Source: Spirochaetia bacterium
GTDB lineage: Bacteria; Spirochaetota; Spirochaetia; UBA9216
NCBI GenBank assembly: GCA_965140585.1
Contig: OZ223264.1
Span: 640,001-704,000, forward strand
DNA: 64,000 bases
Direction: 5' to 3'
Position numbers and translations under genes: made by a program. The notes below the pieces were generated by a model. That model saw only the letters and a list, made by a program, of their open reading frames with translations. It ran no database searches and was not told the DNA's origin. Shown in pieces: positions 1 to 10,322 of the stretch; within the stretch, counting starts at the first letter, position 1, and the number at the start of each line of letters is the position of its first letter.

Positions 1-1
1 G

Positions 2-343
2 GCTAAGTCTTTTCCAGTGCCAGGCGAATATCCATCCAATATTAGCTATTCCGGAAACCAGAAACCAAATATTTATTTCTGACAAAAATGATGCGTCAAT
101 AGAAGCTTTAAACACCGCTATTATGCTGTATACCGAGAAGCAGGCAAGAAATAAATATATAACTCCCCACACAGAAAATGTAATTCCTGCGGGAACAAAG
201 AGGTTGGGGTACAGATCCGAAAGTTCTCCTGTTCCGATTCCGTTTAAAGGTAAAATGTTTGCAAGTGCGTTAACGGTAACTATCGCGACAAATACTGCCA
301 GATTGATAAATGCAAAAATATAAAGCTGAAACGGTTTTTCCAT
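2..343 (-). CDS. Tryptophan-rich sensory (TspO-like) membrane protein, 3' end outside the window
   Basis: Not in the ORF track. Hand translation from ATG 343 (GGAGG RBS upstream): MEKPFQLYIFAFINLAVFVAIVTVNALANILPLNGIGTGELSDLYPNLFVPAGITFSVWGVIYLFL...NIGWIFAWH, the NALAN..PLNG / FVPAG.TFS.WG.IY pattern of this family. Confidence 0.75.
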   Translation of the reverse strand, partial: MEKPFQLYIFAFINLAVFVAIVTVNALANILPLNGIGTGELSDLYPNLFVPAGITFSVWGVIYLFLACFSVYSIIAVFKASIDASFLSEINIWFLVSGIANIGWIFAWHWKRLS

Positions 344-485
344 TATTTTCCTCCGGTCCAGTTCAATTATAATATTAAAGAGTCTGGTAATGCAATAAAT
401 TCAATCGGGACTGTTCTTTAACTTTATATTTAATTATATTACGATTTTACTGAAATGAACCTATCGCTTAGGAGATAATATTTTC

Positions 486-1859
486 ATGGCACATATTGGA
501 ATTGGTCTTGATTTTGGAACCTCAAACACAACTGCGGCTGTTTATGACGGCAACAGTATTGAATATATAAGGCTGGATGACTATCTGAATGAAGGAGTCA
601 TTATGCCCACCGCTCTGTATCTTGATCGCGAGATACAGCCTACGGTAGGCGGCGGTGCAATACTCAAATATCTGGAAGAGAATACCAGCCGTAAGATAAC
701 ACTTACTGATAAGGAAATAGGCTGCATAACGGTTCATATGGGTGAGATGGACAGGGATCATACCATTGAAAGAGACAGGTCCTATACACAGGTTGTGACC
801 GGAAAGATAGACGCAGAACTTCCGGGGCGTTTATTCAAGTCTATGAAGAGCTATCTGGGTGATACAGGAGATCCGCGTTTCGATGTATTTGGTAAAAAAT
901 TCCGGCTTGAAGCTATTTTGACCATCATATTAAGGCATGTAGCTGAACGGCTTGCTGAGCACAGTCCCGGACAGGATTTTTCACTGCGTATCGGCCGGCC
1001 GGTTATCTACTGCGGGACGGCCGCTCATTCCGAAGAAATAGCTCTGGAAAGAATGAGTCTGTCCAGTTCAAGAGCCGGGCTGCAAAACTTCTCATTCATG
1101 CTGGAACCTGAAGCTGCGGCGTTAAGCTACCTGAACAGTCACCCAGGACCGGAGCATGAGAATATTCTGGTTGTCGACTTCGGCGGCGGTACGCTTGACC
1201 TGTGCATTCTTGAGAAAGGCAGCGGGGGCTTGGATTTTCTTGGCGCGGCGGGTATCCCACGGGCAGGTGATAACATTGACAGGATGATTTTCAGAAAAAA
1301 AATTGCTCCGCTGCTTGGTGACGGCCTGACCATCAGTCATGATTTTCACTATCCTGAGTTTGAAGAATTTCTGCTCAACTGGCAAAGCACATATCTGCTT
1401 AACCAGGCTTCTTATATCGAGAAAGTGAACATGCTTATCAGGGAAGGCGGAACTACAGGTGAAAAGGGCCGCAGGCTAAAGATGCTGATACGCTGCAATG
1501 GTTCATTTCAGTTGATGGAAAGGATCGAACAGGCAAAAATTGAGCTGTCTGAAAAAGAGCGAACTTCAATAGCAATGGAAGAAATAGATCTTGATGTGGA
1601 ATTTACCAGAGCTGAACTTGAAGGAATAATTATTCCGGTATTTCAGGATATAGAGCAGGTTCTCAATGAGGTTCTGCAGAATGCAGAGCTTGGTAAAGAG
1701 CAAATTAGCCGCATAGTCTGTACAGGCGGTACTTCACGAATCCCTGCTGTCAGAAGACATCTATCAGAAATAATCGGTAAGGAACCAGAGGAGTGGAATC
1801 CCTTTCGCGGCATTGCTGCGGGCCTGGCTGTGGCGGCATTTGAAGGATTAAAGGTCTAA
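486..1859 (+). CDS. Hsp70-family protein (YegD-like, ATPase domain only)
   Basis: GLDFGTSNT, IGRPV, EPEAAA, VVDFGGGTLD and TGGTSRIP motifs; 457 aa with no substrate-binding domain; AGGAG RBS. Confidence 0.85.
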   Translation: MAHIGIGLDFGTSNTTAAVYDGNSIEYIRLDDYLNEGVIMPTALYLDREIQPTVGGGAILKYLEENTSRKITLTDKEIGCITVHMGEMDRDHTIERDRSYTQVVTGKIDAELPGRLFKSMKSYLGDTGDPRFDVFGKKFRLEAILTIILRHVAERLAEHSPGQDFSLRIGRPVIYCGTAAHSEEIALERMSLSSSRAGLQNFSFMLEPEAAALSYLNSHPGPEHENILVVDFGGGTLDLCILEKGSGGLDFLGAAGIPRAGDNIDRMIFRKKIAPLLGDGLTISHDFHYPEFEEFLLNWQSTYLLNQASYIEKVNMLIREGGTTGEKGRRLKMLIRCNGSFQLMERIEQAKIELSEKERTSIAMEEIDLDVEFTRAELEGIIIPVFQDIEQVLNEVLQNAELGKEQISRIVCTGGTSRIPAVRRHLSEIIGKEPEEWNPFRGIAAGLAVAAFEGLKV

Positions 1860-2875
1860 TCGACAGAATTATATGGGGCGGAAGCGATCGCTCTTTTTCT
1901 GTACTGCCTTGGAGATGAGCCGTATTGGTTCTTAAAGGCTATGCTGAAATCTCCGGGATTCCGGAATCCCGAGGCAAGGGCGGCTTCCGCAATTGTTCCC
2001 TTTTCCGAAATAATCAGTTCTCCCGCTTTTTTTAAACGTAATTCCGTCAGGACCTGATGCATTGTCTTTCCGTAGGCCTGTCTGAATCCGGTTTTAAGTT
2101 TATAATCGTTTAAGCCCACATGATGTGAAAGTTCCAGCAGATTAGGGGGACATTCCAGGTTCTCCGCTAAAATGCGTCGGGCTTCCCTTATTCGGTCTAT
2201 GTCCCGTGAACAAAGAATTGTGCCGCGGGACTGCATTCCTCCACTCAAAAATGAGATCAGGCCGGAAGCATAGGCAAGACAGTATTCTTCCATAATCTCC
2301 GGAGGTGCATTGTTAGAAGAATTTAACAGTATCTCATTTAGTATAGCATTTAGCGCTGTAGGTATTATACAACTGCAGCTTTTCACTCCACGGAAATTGC
2401 CGTCCTTGAATGATAGTACGTTAGATGGAAGGCAGGAGCCTGTCTGGCTGCAGCAGGAGTCAAATATTTCCGGAGTAAGATGAATTTCCATTAAATGAAA
2501 ATCCTGTGTGCCTGATAGCGTTGTATTCACATCAAGCTCTCCCTCTATGAAAGATAATGTGCACTGTTTAGGATAAGCCATGAGATCCTGCTTCTGCCCC
2601 TTGATATCATGCTTAAAGACTCCTTCCAGACATATTCCAACTTCTATCATAGCGGTCTCCCTGGTACGGCTCCGGAAGCCGAAAGAGTCCTTTATATCCC
2701 CGCTGACACGGGAAAAGGATATTCCAGGGCCCACTCCTGAGTATTTAAATATTCCCTCTATTCCCGGAGCTTTCATCGTCCAGTCCGTCGGCATACTGTC
2801 ATCAATGGGAAAAGATTCCATAAATAGTCCAAGCTGTTCTGCTAACTCCTCTTTTCTGCTGAATTGAAGATGCAT
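1856..2875 (-). CDS. AraC-family transcriptional regulator (PchR/YbtA-like)
   Basis: C-terminal LECPPNLLELSHHVGLNDYKLKTGFRQAYG...SGFRNPGDFSIAFKNQYGSSP double HTH; divergent from the ABC cassette. Confidence 0.9.
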   Translation of the reverse strand: MHLQFSRKEELAEQLGLFMESFPIDDSMPTDWTMKAPGIEGIFKYSGVGPGISFSRVSGDIKDSFGFRSRTRETAMIEVGICLEGVFKHDIKGQKQDLMAYPKQCTLSFIEGELDVNTTLSGTQDFHLMEIHLTPEIFDSCCSQTGSCLPSNVLSFKDGNFRGVKSCSCIIPTALNAILNEILLNSSNNAPPEIMEEYCLAYASGLISFLSGGMQSRGTILCSRDIDRIREARRILAENLECPPNLLELSHHVGLNDYKLKTGFRQAYGKTMHQVLTELRLKKAGELIISEKGTIAEAALASGFRNPGDFSIAFKNQYGSSPRQYRKRAIASAPYNSVD

Positions 2876-2916
2876 TGTTTTCTCTCCTTTCTTTTATTAA
2901 TCCTGATTTCGGTAGA

Positions 2917-2966
2917 TTTATAGGGCTAACATGTTTACTCTATCATAAATTATGCAAGACTAACAA
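2917..2966. promoter_or_regulatory. Possible regulator boxes (two imperfect repeats ending G.CTAACA) between araC and the ABC operon
   Basis: TTTATAGGGCTAACA (2917-2931) and TTATGCAAGACTAACA (2950-2965); partial resemblance to DtxR-family boxes, or AraC direct repeats. Confidence 0.3.
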
Positions 2967-3001
2967 TATTAGGCAATAAAATAAAAACGGGAGGCATAAA
3001 A

Positions 3002-4801
3002 ATGCCGAATAAAAAAGAAGACCCTCTTTTAAAGAGGTTTGTTCCCTACATGGGAAGGAAAAAGACGCTGCTGCCGCTATCGCTGTTCCTGTCCGGAACT
3101 TCAGCGGCTCTGAATATTCTGCCCTATGTTTTTATATGGATTATCGTGAGAGAAGTTTTGTCATCTCCTGGCGGAATCAACCCCGGTGAGATTGGTCCCT
3201 ATGCCTGGCTTGCCCTTGGCAGCGCCCTTGGCGGAGTGATCTTTTATTTTTGCGGATTGATGAGTTCACATATAGCCGCCTTTCGGGTGGAAGTGGGACT
3301 GCAGAAAGTGGCTATGGGAAGGATTCGGAACATGCCTCTGGGCTTTTTCGATAAATATCCAAGCGGTAAAATCCGCAAGATCGTTAATGACGGAGCCAGG
3401 ACTACTCATACATTTTTAGCTCATCAGCTGCCTGATATGGCAGGAAGCGTTGTCACTCCTGTCATACTGCTGATTCTGACCTTTACGGTGGACTGGAAAA
3501 TGGGACTCTGCTCCCTGATTCCGATTGTTTTAGGGTTCTCTACAATGCGTTTTATGATGACCGAAAAGGGGCGGGCGTTTCAGAAGCAGTATATGGATGC
3601 CCTGGAAGAAATGAGCTCCCAGTCGGTAGATTACATCCGGGGGATCCCCGTGGTTAAGACCTTTGGACAGACCATTTTCTCTTTTAAACGTTTCCATGAC
3701 AGCATTATGGGGTACAAGAATATGGTTCTGGCCTATACTCTGATGTGGCGGACTCCGATGTCCTTCTATACGGTTATTATGGAATCGGCAGCCTTCTTCC
3801 TTGTTCCTCTATCCATTCTGATGATTGGGCAGGGCGGGGAGCTGCCGGTGATAATTGCGAATTTTCTTTTTTACCTGCTAATCGCTCCAACCTTTTCCCA
3901 GGTCCTCATGCGATCCATGTATTTTCGTCAGAATGCTCTGATTGCTTCACATGCCATCAACCGTATAGATGATCTGATGAATTATCCTGCTATGTACTAT
4001 CCTGATAAAGATTGCCGCAGCGGTGAGGCCAGTCTGGAATTCCGGAATGTCAGCTTTACCTATGAAGGGAACGAGTCACCGGCAGTTGAGGGAATCAGCT
4101 TTAAAGTCAACCGTGGTGAAACTGTGGCCCTGGTCGGACCTTCGGGAGGGGGGAAAACTACCATAGCCCGGCTTGCCGCCCGTTTTTGGGATGCCGATGC
4201 AGGCGATATCCTGATAGGCGGTGAAAGCATTAAAGAATATCCGAAAAAACAGTTGATGGACCGTATCTCATTCGTTTTTCAGAACACCCGGCTTTTCAAG
4301 GGCACCCTCAGGGAGAATATCGTTTTCGGTAAGAATGACGTGACAGAAGCGGATATCGAACGGGCCGTTGAGCTTTCACAGTCCAGGGAGATAATCGACT
4401 ACCAGAAAGAGGGGCTGGACACTGTTATCGGCTCCAGGGGGACCTATCTTTCAGGCGGAGAGCAGCAGCGTATAGCCCTGGCCAGGGCTATCGTAAAAGA
4501 TGCGCCTATCATCCTCCTTGACGAGGCTACGGCCTTTGCCGATCCGGAAAATGAGCATCTGATACATAAGGGGATGAAAGAGCTGAGCCGGGGAAAAACA
4601 ACCTTGATGATCGCCCACAGACTAACCACAGTAAGGGATGCTGATCTCATCCTTGTTATTGAAAAAGGTCAGATAGTTCAGCAGGGAACCCACGAGCAAT
4701 TGCTGGACCGGGACGGGCTCTATAGAGCGCTGTGGAATGAGTATCAGAAGTCCATAGCCTGGAAAATAGCCGCAAGGGAAGCGGTAGGAATGGGAGAATA
4801 G
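3002..4801 (+). CDS. Fused ABC transporter permease/ATPase (YbtP/IrtA/EqbK-like)
   Basis: N-terminal TMD with SHIAAFR and HQLPD; Walker A GPSGGGKTT, LSGGEQQR, LLDEATAFADPENE. Confidence 0.9.
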   Translation: MPNKKEDPLLKRFVPYMGRKKTLLPLSLFLSGTSAALNILPYVFIWIIVREVLSSPGGINPGEIGPYAWLALGSALGGVIFYFCGLMSSHIAAFRVEVGLQKVAMGRIRNMPLGFFDKYPSGKIRKIVNDGARTTHTFLAHQLPDMAGSVVTPVILLILTFTVDWKMGLCSLIPIVLGFSTMRFMMTEKGRAFQKQYMDALEEMSSQSVDYIRGIPVVKTFGQTIFSFKRFHDSIMGYKNMVLAYTLMWRTPMSFYTVIMESAAFFLVPLSILMIGQGGELPVIIANFLFYLLIAPTFSQVLMRSMYFRQNALIASHAINRIDDLMNYPAMYYPDKDCRSGEASLEFRNVSFTYEGNESPAVEGISFKVNRGETVALVGPSGGGKTTIARLAARFWDADAGDILIGGESIKEYPKKQLMDRISFVFQNTRLFKGTLRENIVFGKNDVTEADIERAVELSQSREIIDYQKEGLDTVIGSRGTYLSGGEQQRIALARAIVKDAPIILLDEATAFADPENEHLIHKGMKELSRGKTTLMIAHRLTTVRDADLILVIEKGQIVQQGTHEQLLDRDGLYRALWNEYQKSIAWKIAAREAVGMGE

Positions 4802-4802
4802 G

Positions 4803-6527
4803 ATGATTAAATATTTTCAAAACAAATACGCTATGTCCGAAGAGGGGGCAAGGGATTTCGGTAAATCCATTTTCTGGACGACCCTGCTTTTTATAAGCTT
4901 CATGTTTCCCCCTGTTCTCGGCTTCAAATTTCTGGATGAATACCTGGTATCAGGGAATGCTACGGGGCGGTTTCAGCCCTATCTCATTCTTACCGGGCTT
5001 TTCTTCATCATTATGTTCATATTTGCCTATATCCAGTACGATTCCACATATACGCGAATTTACGGAGAAAGTGCCAGACAGCGGCTCAACCTGGCGGAGA
5101 CTCTGAGGAAACTGCCCCTGGCTTTTTTTGGTAAAAAGGACATTTCCGATCTCAGCTCTACCATCATGGAAGATGCCACTTCGATTGAGCAGATCTTCTC
5201 ACACACAATACCTCAGCTCTATGCATCGATCATCAACATCTGTCTGTTTGCAGTTATGTTGTTCATCTATAACTGGAAGATGTCTGTAGCCCTATTGTGG
5301 GTAGCCCCCGTAGCAGCTTTGGTTTTTTTCTTATCCAGAAAATTCCAGGGAAGAACCCAGAAAAAGCTCTATGATCAGAATCGCGATATCACCGAAAGCG
5401 TCCAGGAAGAGCTGGACCTTATCCATGAGATAAAATCCTATAACCGGGAAGAGGCTTTTACCAAAAGGCTGAACGAAAACCTGGACAGTTACGAACATAC
5501 CCTTCTCAGCCAGGAGCTGTTTATTGGTGCAACCATCAACCTCTCCTATATGATTTTAAAACTGGGGCTTCCGTCTGTTATTTTCGCCGGAGCTTATATG
5601 CTTTACAGCGGCGCGGCCGACTTTACAGTATTTACATATCTGGCCTTTCTAGTGGTTGCGTCCCGTATTTATGCTCCCATGATGCAGTGCTTTGATAATT
5701 TCGCGGCATTGATAATGCTTAAAGTGCGTATCAACCGTATGAAGGAGATGGATGCTATGCCCCGCCAGACCGGAACAGCTGATTTTCATCCGCAGAGCTA
5801 CGATATCAGTTTCAATAATGTGGATTTTTCATACCTTGGTGATGTTCAGACGCTGAAAAACGTGAGCTTTACCGCAAAACAGGGGGAGGTTACAGCGTTG
5901 GTCGGTCCTTCCGGAGGCGGAAAGAGTACTGTTGCCAAACTGTCCGCCCGCTTCTGGGATGTGAACAGGGGAGTCATAACTTTGGGGGGAGAGGATATTT
6001 CCCTTATAGATCCGGAAACTCTGCTTCAGAATTTCTCCATTGTATTCCAGGACGTAACCCTCTTCAATTCATCGGTAATGGATAATATCAGGCTGGGACG
6101 AAAAGATGCCACTGATGAAGAGGTTCTGGAAGCCGCCTGTATGGCCCAGTGCGATGAGTTTGCATCCAAGCTGCCGGATGGGTACGAAACTACCATTGGA
6201 GAAAACGGGGAAAGGCTGTCAGGAGGGGAGCGGCAGCGGATATCTATTGCCCGGGCTATTTTAAAGAACGCTCCTATCATCCTTCTGGATGAGGCCACTG
6301 CGTCTCTGGATGCTGAAAACGAGAGCAAAATCCAGCAGGCCTTAAGCGAACTGACCCGCGGTAAAACTGTACTGATTATTGCCCACCGTATGCGTACCGT
6401 CTCAGGTGCGGACAAGATTGTGGTTCTCAAAGACGGATCTGTATACGAAGCCGGCTCACCCGGTGAACTGATTGAAAAGGACGGTCTTTTCGCTTCCATG
6501 CTTAAGGCGCAATACCAGACTGCTTAA
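4803..6527 (+). CDS. Fused ABC transporter permease/ATPase (YbtQ/IrtB/EqbL-like), heterodimer partner
   Basis: TMD with LRKLPLAFF; GPSGGGKST, LSGGERQR, LLDEATASLDAENE. Confidence 0.9.
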   Translation: MIKYFQNKYAMSEEGARDFGKSIFWTTLLFISFMFPPVLGFKFLDEYLVSGNATGRFQPYLILTGLFFIIMFIFAYIQYDSTYTRIYGESARQRLNLAETLRKLPLAFFGKKDISDLSSTIMEDATSIEQIFSHTIPQLYASIINICLFAVMLFIYNWKMSVALLWVAPVAALVFFLSRKFQGRTQKKLYDQNRDITESVQEELDLIHEIKSYNREEAFTKRLNENLDSYEHTLLSQELFIGATINLSYMILKLGLPSVIFAGAYMLYSGAADFTVFTYLAFLVVASRIYAPMMQCFDNFAALIMLKVRINRMKEMDAMPRQTGTADFHPQSYDISFNNVDFSYLGDVQTLKNVSFTAKQGEVTALVGPSGGGKSTVAKLSARFWDVNRGVITLGGEDISLIDPETLLQNFSIVFQDVTLFNSSVMDNIRLGRKDATDEEVLEAACMAQCDEFASKLPDGYETTIGENGERLSGGERQRISIARAILKNAPIILLDEATASLDAENESKIQQALSELTRGKTVLIIAHRMRTVSGADKIVVLKDGSVYEAGSPGELIEKDGLFASMLKAQYQTA

Positions 6528-6546
6528 AATTATGAGGAGTGATTCG

Positions 6547-7119
6547 ATGAATAATAAACTGAATGTGAAGGATCTTATCAATGTAGGGCTCTTCACTGCA
6601 ATCTATTTTGTTGCGTTTTTTGTAACCGGCATGCTGGGCTACATCCCTGTACTAATGCTGGCTCTCCCATTTCTTACGCCGGTAGTAGGAGGCATACCAT
6701 TTATGCTCTATCTTACCAGGGTAAAAAAATTCGGCATGATTACACTTACAGGCGTTATTGTTTCCCTGCTGATGCTTGCCACAGGTCACGGATGGCCGAT
6801 CCTGGTGACGGGTTTAAGTTTTCCGTTTCTGGCTGATCTCTTATTCAAGTCCGGCAGCTGGAAAAGGACTCTGCTGAGTTACTGTGTATTTTCACTTTGG
6901 ATTTTCGGAGCCATGCTTCCGATGTGGATTATGAGAGACAGCTACTTTGCCATGGTACGTGAGGGCTATGGAGACGAATACACCGATGCGCTTATGAATA
7001 TCATGTCCGGCGGAGTTCTTGCGGTACTGCCGGTCCTGGCAATCGCCGGCGCAATTGTAGGTGCTTTTATCGGACGGGGTGCGCTTAAGAAGCACTTCAA
7101 ACGCGCCGGGGTCGTCTGA
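6547..7119 (+). CDS. MptD-family putative ECF transporter S component
   Basis: ATG 6547 after AGGAG; KLNVKDLINVGLFTAIYF...GIPFMLYLTRVKKFG...LKKHFKRAGVV signature. Confidence 0.85.
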   Translation: MNNKLNVKDLINVGLFTAIYFVAFFVTGMLGYIPVLMLALPFLTPVVGGIPFMLYLTRVKKFGMITLTGVIVSLLMLATGHGWPILVTGLSFPFLADLLFKSGSWKRTLLSYCVFSLWIFGAMLPMWIMRDSYFAMVREGYGDEYTDALMNIMSGGVLAVLPVLAIAGAIVGAFIGRGALKKHFKRAGVV

Positions 7120-7850
7120 TGCTAAGTGCGACTTCCGACAGGAGCTGTCGGAAAATCCGCTTGACTCTGGATCCGCGGACCAAGCTGTTCATGGTAATGA
7201 TTATTAGCATCTTTATGATGAGCGGATCCATAAGCGGATATTCAGTCTATCCCCGATTTGTTTTGGCAGCTGTTCCCTTCCTGCTGCTGCTCTCTGAAGG
7301 GAGGAGTAAAGAGGCTCTTCTTTATGCCTTTTTTCTTGTACTGGCATCCTGGTCCGAGTCGTGTTTAGTGGTTAGTACCAGCGGGTGGCTGAGCATCCTT
7401 ATCGTCATGCTTTCAGGTGTGGTAACCAGGTTTATCCCATGCGTCATAATGGGATACTACCTGGTTCTTACCACAACAGTCAGCCAGTTCCTGGCGGCAA
7501 TGGAGAGGCTTCACATGACCGGACTTATTACCATACCAATGGCTGTTATGTTCCGTTTTTTTCCAACCATTGGAGAAGAATCACGCTGCATAAACGATGC
7601 TATGCGCATGCGGGGACTTGGGATGAGGAGCCCCGGGCATAATCCTGTTTCCATGCTGGAACATCGCTTTGTGCCTCTCATGGCTTCTGTTGTAAAAACC
7701 GGAGAAGAGCTTACTGTATCTGCTTTGACCCGCGGACTTGGAGGCCCTGATAAAAGGACAAACATCTGTGAAATCGGCTTCGGTTTATGGGATCTGGTAT
7801 TTGCCATAACCGTATTGTCTGCTGCTGTTTGTTATGTGCTGCTGTCGTGA
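7119..7850 (+). CDS. ECF transporter transmembrane T component
   Basis: LDPRTKL, VMFRFFPTI, AMRMRG and ALTRGL (XRX coupling motifs). Confidence 0.9.
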   Translation: MLSATSDRSCRKIRLTLDPRTKLFMVMIISIFMMSGSISGYSVYPRFVLAAVPFLLLLSEGRSKEALLYAFFLVLASWSESCLVVSTSGWLSILIVMLSGVVTRFIPCVIMGYYLVLTTTVSQFLAAMERLHMTGLITIPMAVMFRFFPTIGEESRCINDAMRMRGLGMRSPGHNPVSMLEHRFVPLMASVVKTGEELTVSALTRGLGGPDKRTNICEIGFGLWDLVFAITVLSAAVCYVLLS

Positions 7851-7869
7851 ACTGTAAGGAAGGATACAC

Positions 7870-9360
7870 GTGATTGAGATAAAAAATCTATCCTACTCTT
7901 ATTCCGGGGGGGGGAAGGGGAAAAGCCTTCGAGAGATAAGTCTTTCTATATTCAAGGGGGAGGTACTACTGCTCTGTGGCGAATCGGGATGTGGAAAAAC
8001 TACGCTTACCCGCTTGCTTAACGGACTCATCCCCCATTTCTATGAGGGGGAGTTGGAAGGCTCCGTCACTATCGAAGGGGTTGATATAGGATCTCTTCCT
8101 CTGCATGAAACGGGAAGGAAGGCAGGTTCAGTTTTTCAAAATCCGCGGTCACAGTTTTTCAATGTAGACACTACGGGTGAAATAGTCTTCGGCTGTGAAA
8201 ACCGGGGCATGGATAAGGAGGAAATCCGGAAGCGGCTATACGAGACTGTTAATGATTTTCGGATACATGCCCTGATGGACCGGAACATATTCCGGCTCTC
8301 CGGAGGTGAAAAGCAGAAAATCGCCTGTGCTTCCGTTTCTGCGGTAGGCCCGGATGTGCTGATTCTGGATGAACCCTCTTCAAGCCTGGATATGGAAGGA
8401 ATTGAGAATCTTCGCAGCATGATTGAGGTCTGGAAGGCCAAAGGAAAGACTATAGTCATCGCTGAGCATCGTCTTTTTTATTTGCGGGAATTGATAGACC
8501 GGGTAGTTTTTATGAAAGCAGGACGGATAGAAGCGCAGTTTGATGCTGAGAAGTTCAGCATGATGACAAGAGTTGATTTGAATGCGCTGGGATTGCGTCC
8601 CCTATATCTGGAAGATCTGGAGCTTAATACTAAAGCCCATGCACCACTGGAGGAGAGGGGGTTGCGACTGTCACAGTTCTCCTTTTCCTACCGGCAGACG
8701 GGGAGGATTCTCGATCTGGAGGACCTTACACTCCCCCGCGGCTGTGCCACAGCAATTATTGGAGGCAACGGATCAGGCAAGACAACTTTTGCACGCTGCC
8801 TCTGCGGTCTAAGCAGGAGATTCGGTGGACAGATGGAAATGGAAGGCAAAGTTTGCAGGGGGCGAGGGCTGCTGAGTAAATGCTATATGGTCATGCAGGA
8901 TGTAAATCATCAGCTTTTTTCAGAGACTGTGATGGATGAAGTGCTGCTAAGCATGGACAAAGATGACGGGGCAAAGGCGGAAGAGATCTTAGACTCTCTG
9001 GACCTTCTGGCTCTGAAAGAAGCTCATCCCCTCTCCCTGTCGGGCGGTCAGAAGCAGCGTGTGGCAATTGCCGGGGCTGTAGCTTCGGGAAAGGAGATCC
9101 TTATCTTTGATGAACCCACCAGCGGCCTGGATCTTAGGCATATGCGGGAAGTGGCGGAAATAATAAACCGTTTAATTCAGACTGGGCGAACTGTCCTTAT
9201 CATCTCCCACGATCTGGAATTCATTATGGAAAGCTGCTCCCATGTTTTGCACATTAACGACGGCAAGATGGAAGACTATTATCTATTGGATGAAGCGGGT
9301 GCGGAAAAATTAAAAGAAACATTTTTAGAGTCTCAGGGCTTACTTCAGCGGGGGAGGTAG
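7870..9360 (+). CDS. ECF transporter ATPase with two fused ABC domains
   Basis: GESGCGKTT / VFQNPRSQFF / LSGGEKQK and GGNGSGKTT / LSGGQKQR / FDEPTSGLD. Confidence 0.9.
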   Translation: MIEIKNLSYSYSGGGKGKSLREISLSIFKGEVLLLCGESGCGKTTLTRLLNGLIPHFYEGELEGSVTIEGVDIGSLPLHETGRKAGSVFQNPRSQFFNVDTTGEIVFGCENRGMDKEEIRKRLYETVNDFRIHALMDRNIFRLSGGEKQKIACASVSAVGPDVLILDEPSSSLDMEGIENLRSMIEVWKAKGKTIVIAEHRLFYLRELIDRVVFMKAGRIEAQFDAEKFSMMTRVDLNALGLRPLYLEDLELNTKAHAPLEERGLRLSQFSFSYRQTGRILDLEDLTLPRGCATAIIGGNGSGKTTFARCLCGLSRRFGGQMEMEGKVCRGRGLLSKCYMVMQDVNHQLFSETVMDEVLLSMDKDDGAKAEEILDSLDLLALKEAHPLSLSGGQKQRVAIAGAVASGKEILIFDEPTSGLDLRHMREVAEIINRLIQTGRTVLIISHDLEFIMESCSHVLHINDGKMEDYYLLDEAGAEKLKETFLESQGLLQRGR

Positions 9361-9367
9361 TTTTATT

Positions 9368-10180
9368 ATGGCGGGTAATTTAGGGAATATACAGGAAACA
9401 CTTTTTATTCCCCTGTGGGCAAGGGCGTATACTGCAAAAAAATATCCCCGACTTCTGGATGATAGGGAGTCAGTCCGAATTGTTGATGAAAGCGGTTATG
9501 ATTTTAGTCGGATTGAGACTTCTGAAGAGTATTACACACTTGCTGCAGCGGTTAGAGCGGCTAATTTCGACAGAGAGATCAAAGCCTATCTGGCAGAGTT
9601 TCCTGAGGCCACTATCGTAAGTATCGGTTGCGGTCTTGATACAACATTCTTCCGAGTGGATAACGGGAAGCTCACCTGGTATGATTTGGATTTGCCGGAG
9701 ATTATTAGACTTCGACGAAAATATGTGCGGACGAATGAGAGGACTAGGACTATCGCCCAGTCCTGTTTTGATTACTCCTGGACCGGGCAGGTTGATTATA
9801 ATCGTGAGAAAGGAGTGCTTTTCATAGTGGGAGGGGTATTCTATTATTTTAAAGAGGATCAGGTTTGCGATTTTCTCTCCACTGTGGCCGGAAGGTTTCC
9901 CGGCGGGCGGATGTATTTTGATTCCACATCAAAAGCGGGGTTGAAAATATCAAATCGCTACGTCAGAAAAACCGGAAATACTGGTGCCGAGATGTACTTC
10001 AGTTTAAACGGTACGAAGAGATATTTTGCTCCCTTTCTGTCTAAAATAAAAGTGATTGCCGATTACCCATTTTACAGAAATATCTCACTTGTAAAGAGTT
10101 GGAAATGGAAGACTAAACTGAGCATGAAGTTTTCCGATTTTTTCAGAATGGTTAAGGTGACTGGTCTGGAGTTTTGTTAA
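9368..10180 (+). CDS. Class I SAM-dependent methyltransferase (LCM/TcmP-like)
   Basis: ETLFIPLWARA, IGCGLDT, WYDLDLPEII motifs. Confidence 0.85.
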   Translation: MAGNLGNIQETLFIPLWARAYTAKKYPRLLDDRESVRIVDESGYDFSRIETSEEYYTLAAAVRAANFDREIKAYLAEFPEATIVSIGCGLDTTFFRVDNGKLTWYDLDLPEIIRLRRKYVRTNERTRTIAQSCFDYSWTGQVDYNREKGVLFIVGGVFYYFKEDQVCDFLSTVAGRFPGGRMYFDSTSKAGLKISNRYVRKTGNTGAEMYFSLNGTKRYFAPFLSKIKVIADYPFYRNISLVKSWKWKTKLSMKFSDFFRMVKVTGLEFC

Positions 10181-10322
10181 TAATCAAACATTCCTGTATA
10201 TAAAATACACTGAGCTTTTGTAAATTTTTACAATGCTGCTTTTACTTTCTCTTGAAAGAAAAATAAATAATAATTACAATTTTTACATTATTAAAGAATA
10301 TATTTTGTAAAAGGATAACAAA

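Noticed and set aside
123-323. 66-aa plus-strand ORF
   Set aside because: Shadow of the minus-strand TspO-like gene, which has an RBS and family motifs
2726-2734. GGGCCCACT match to the tRNA 3' end as a possible att site
   Set aside because: Only 9 nt, inside the araC coding sequence, and no integrase in the window
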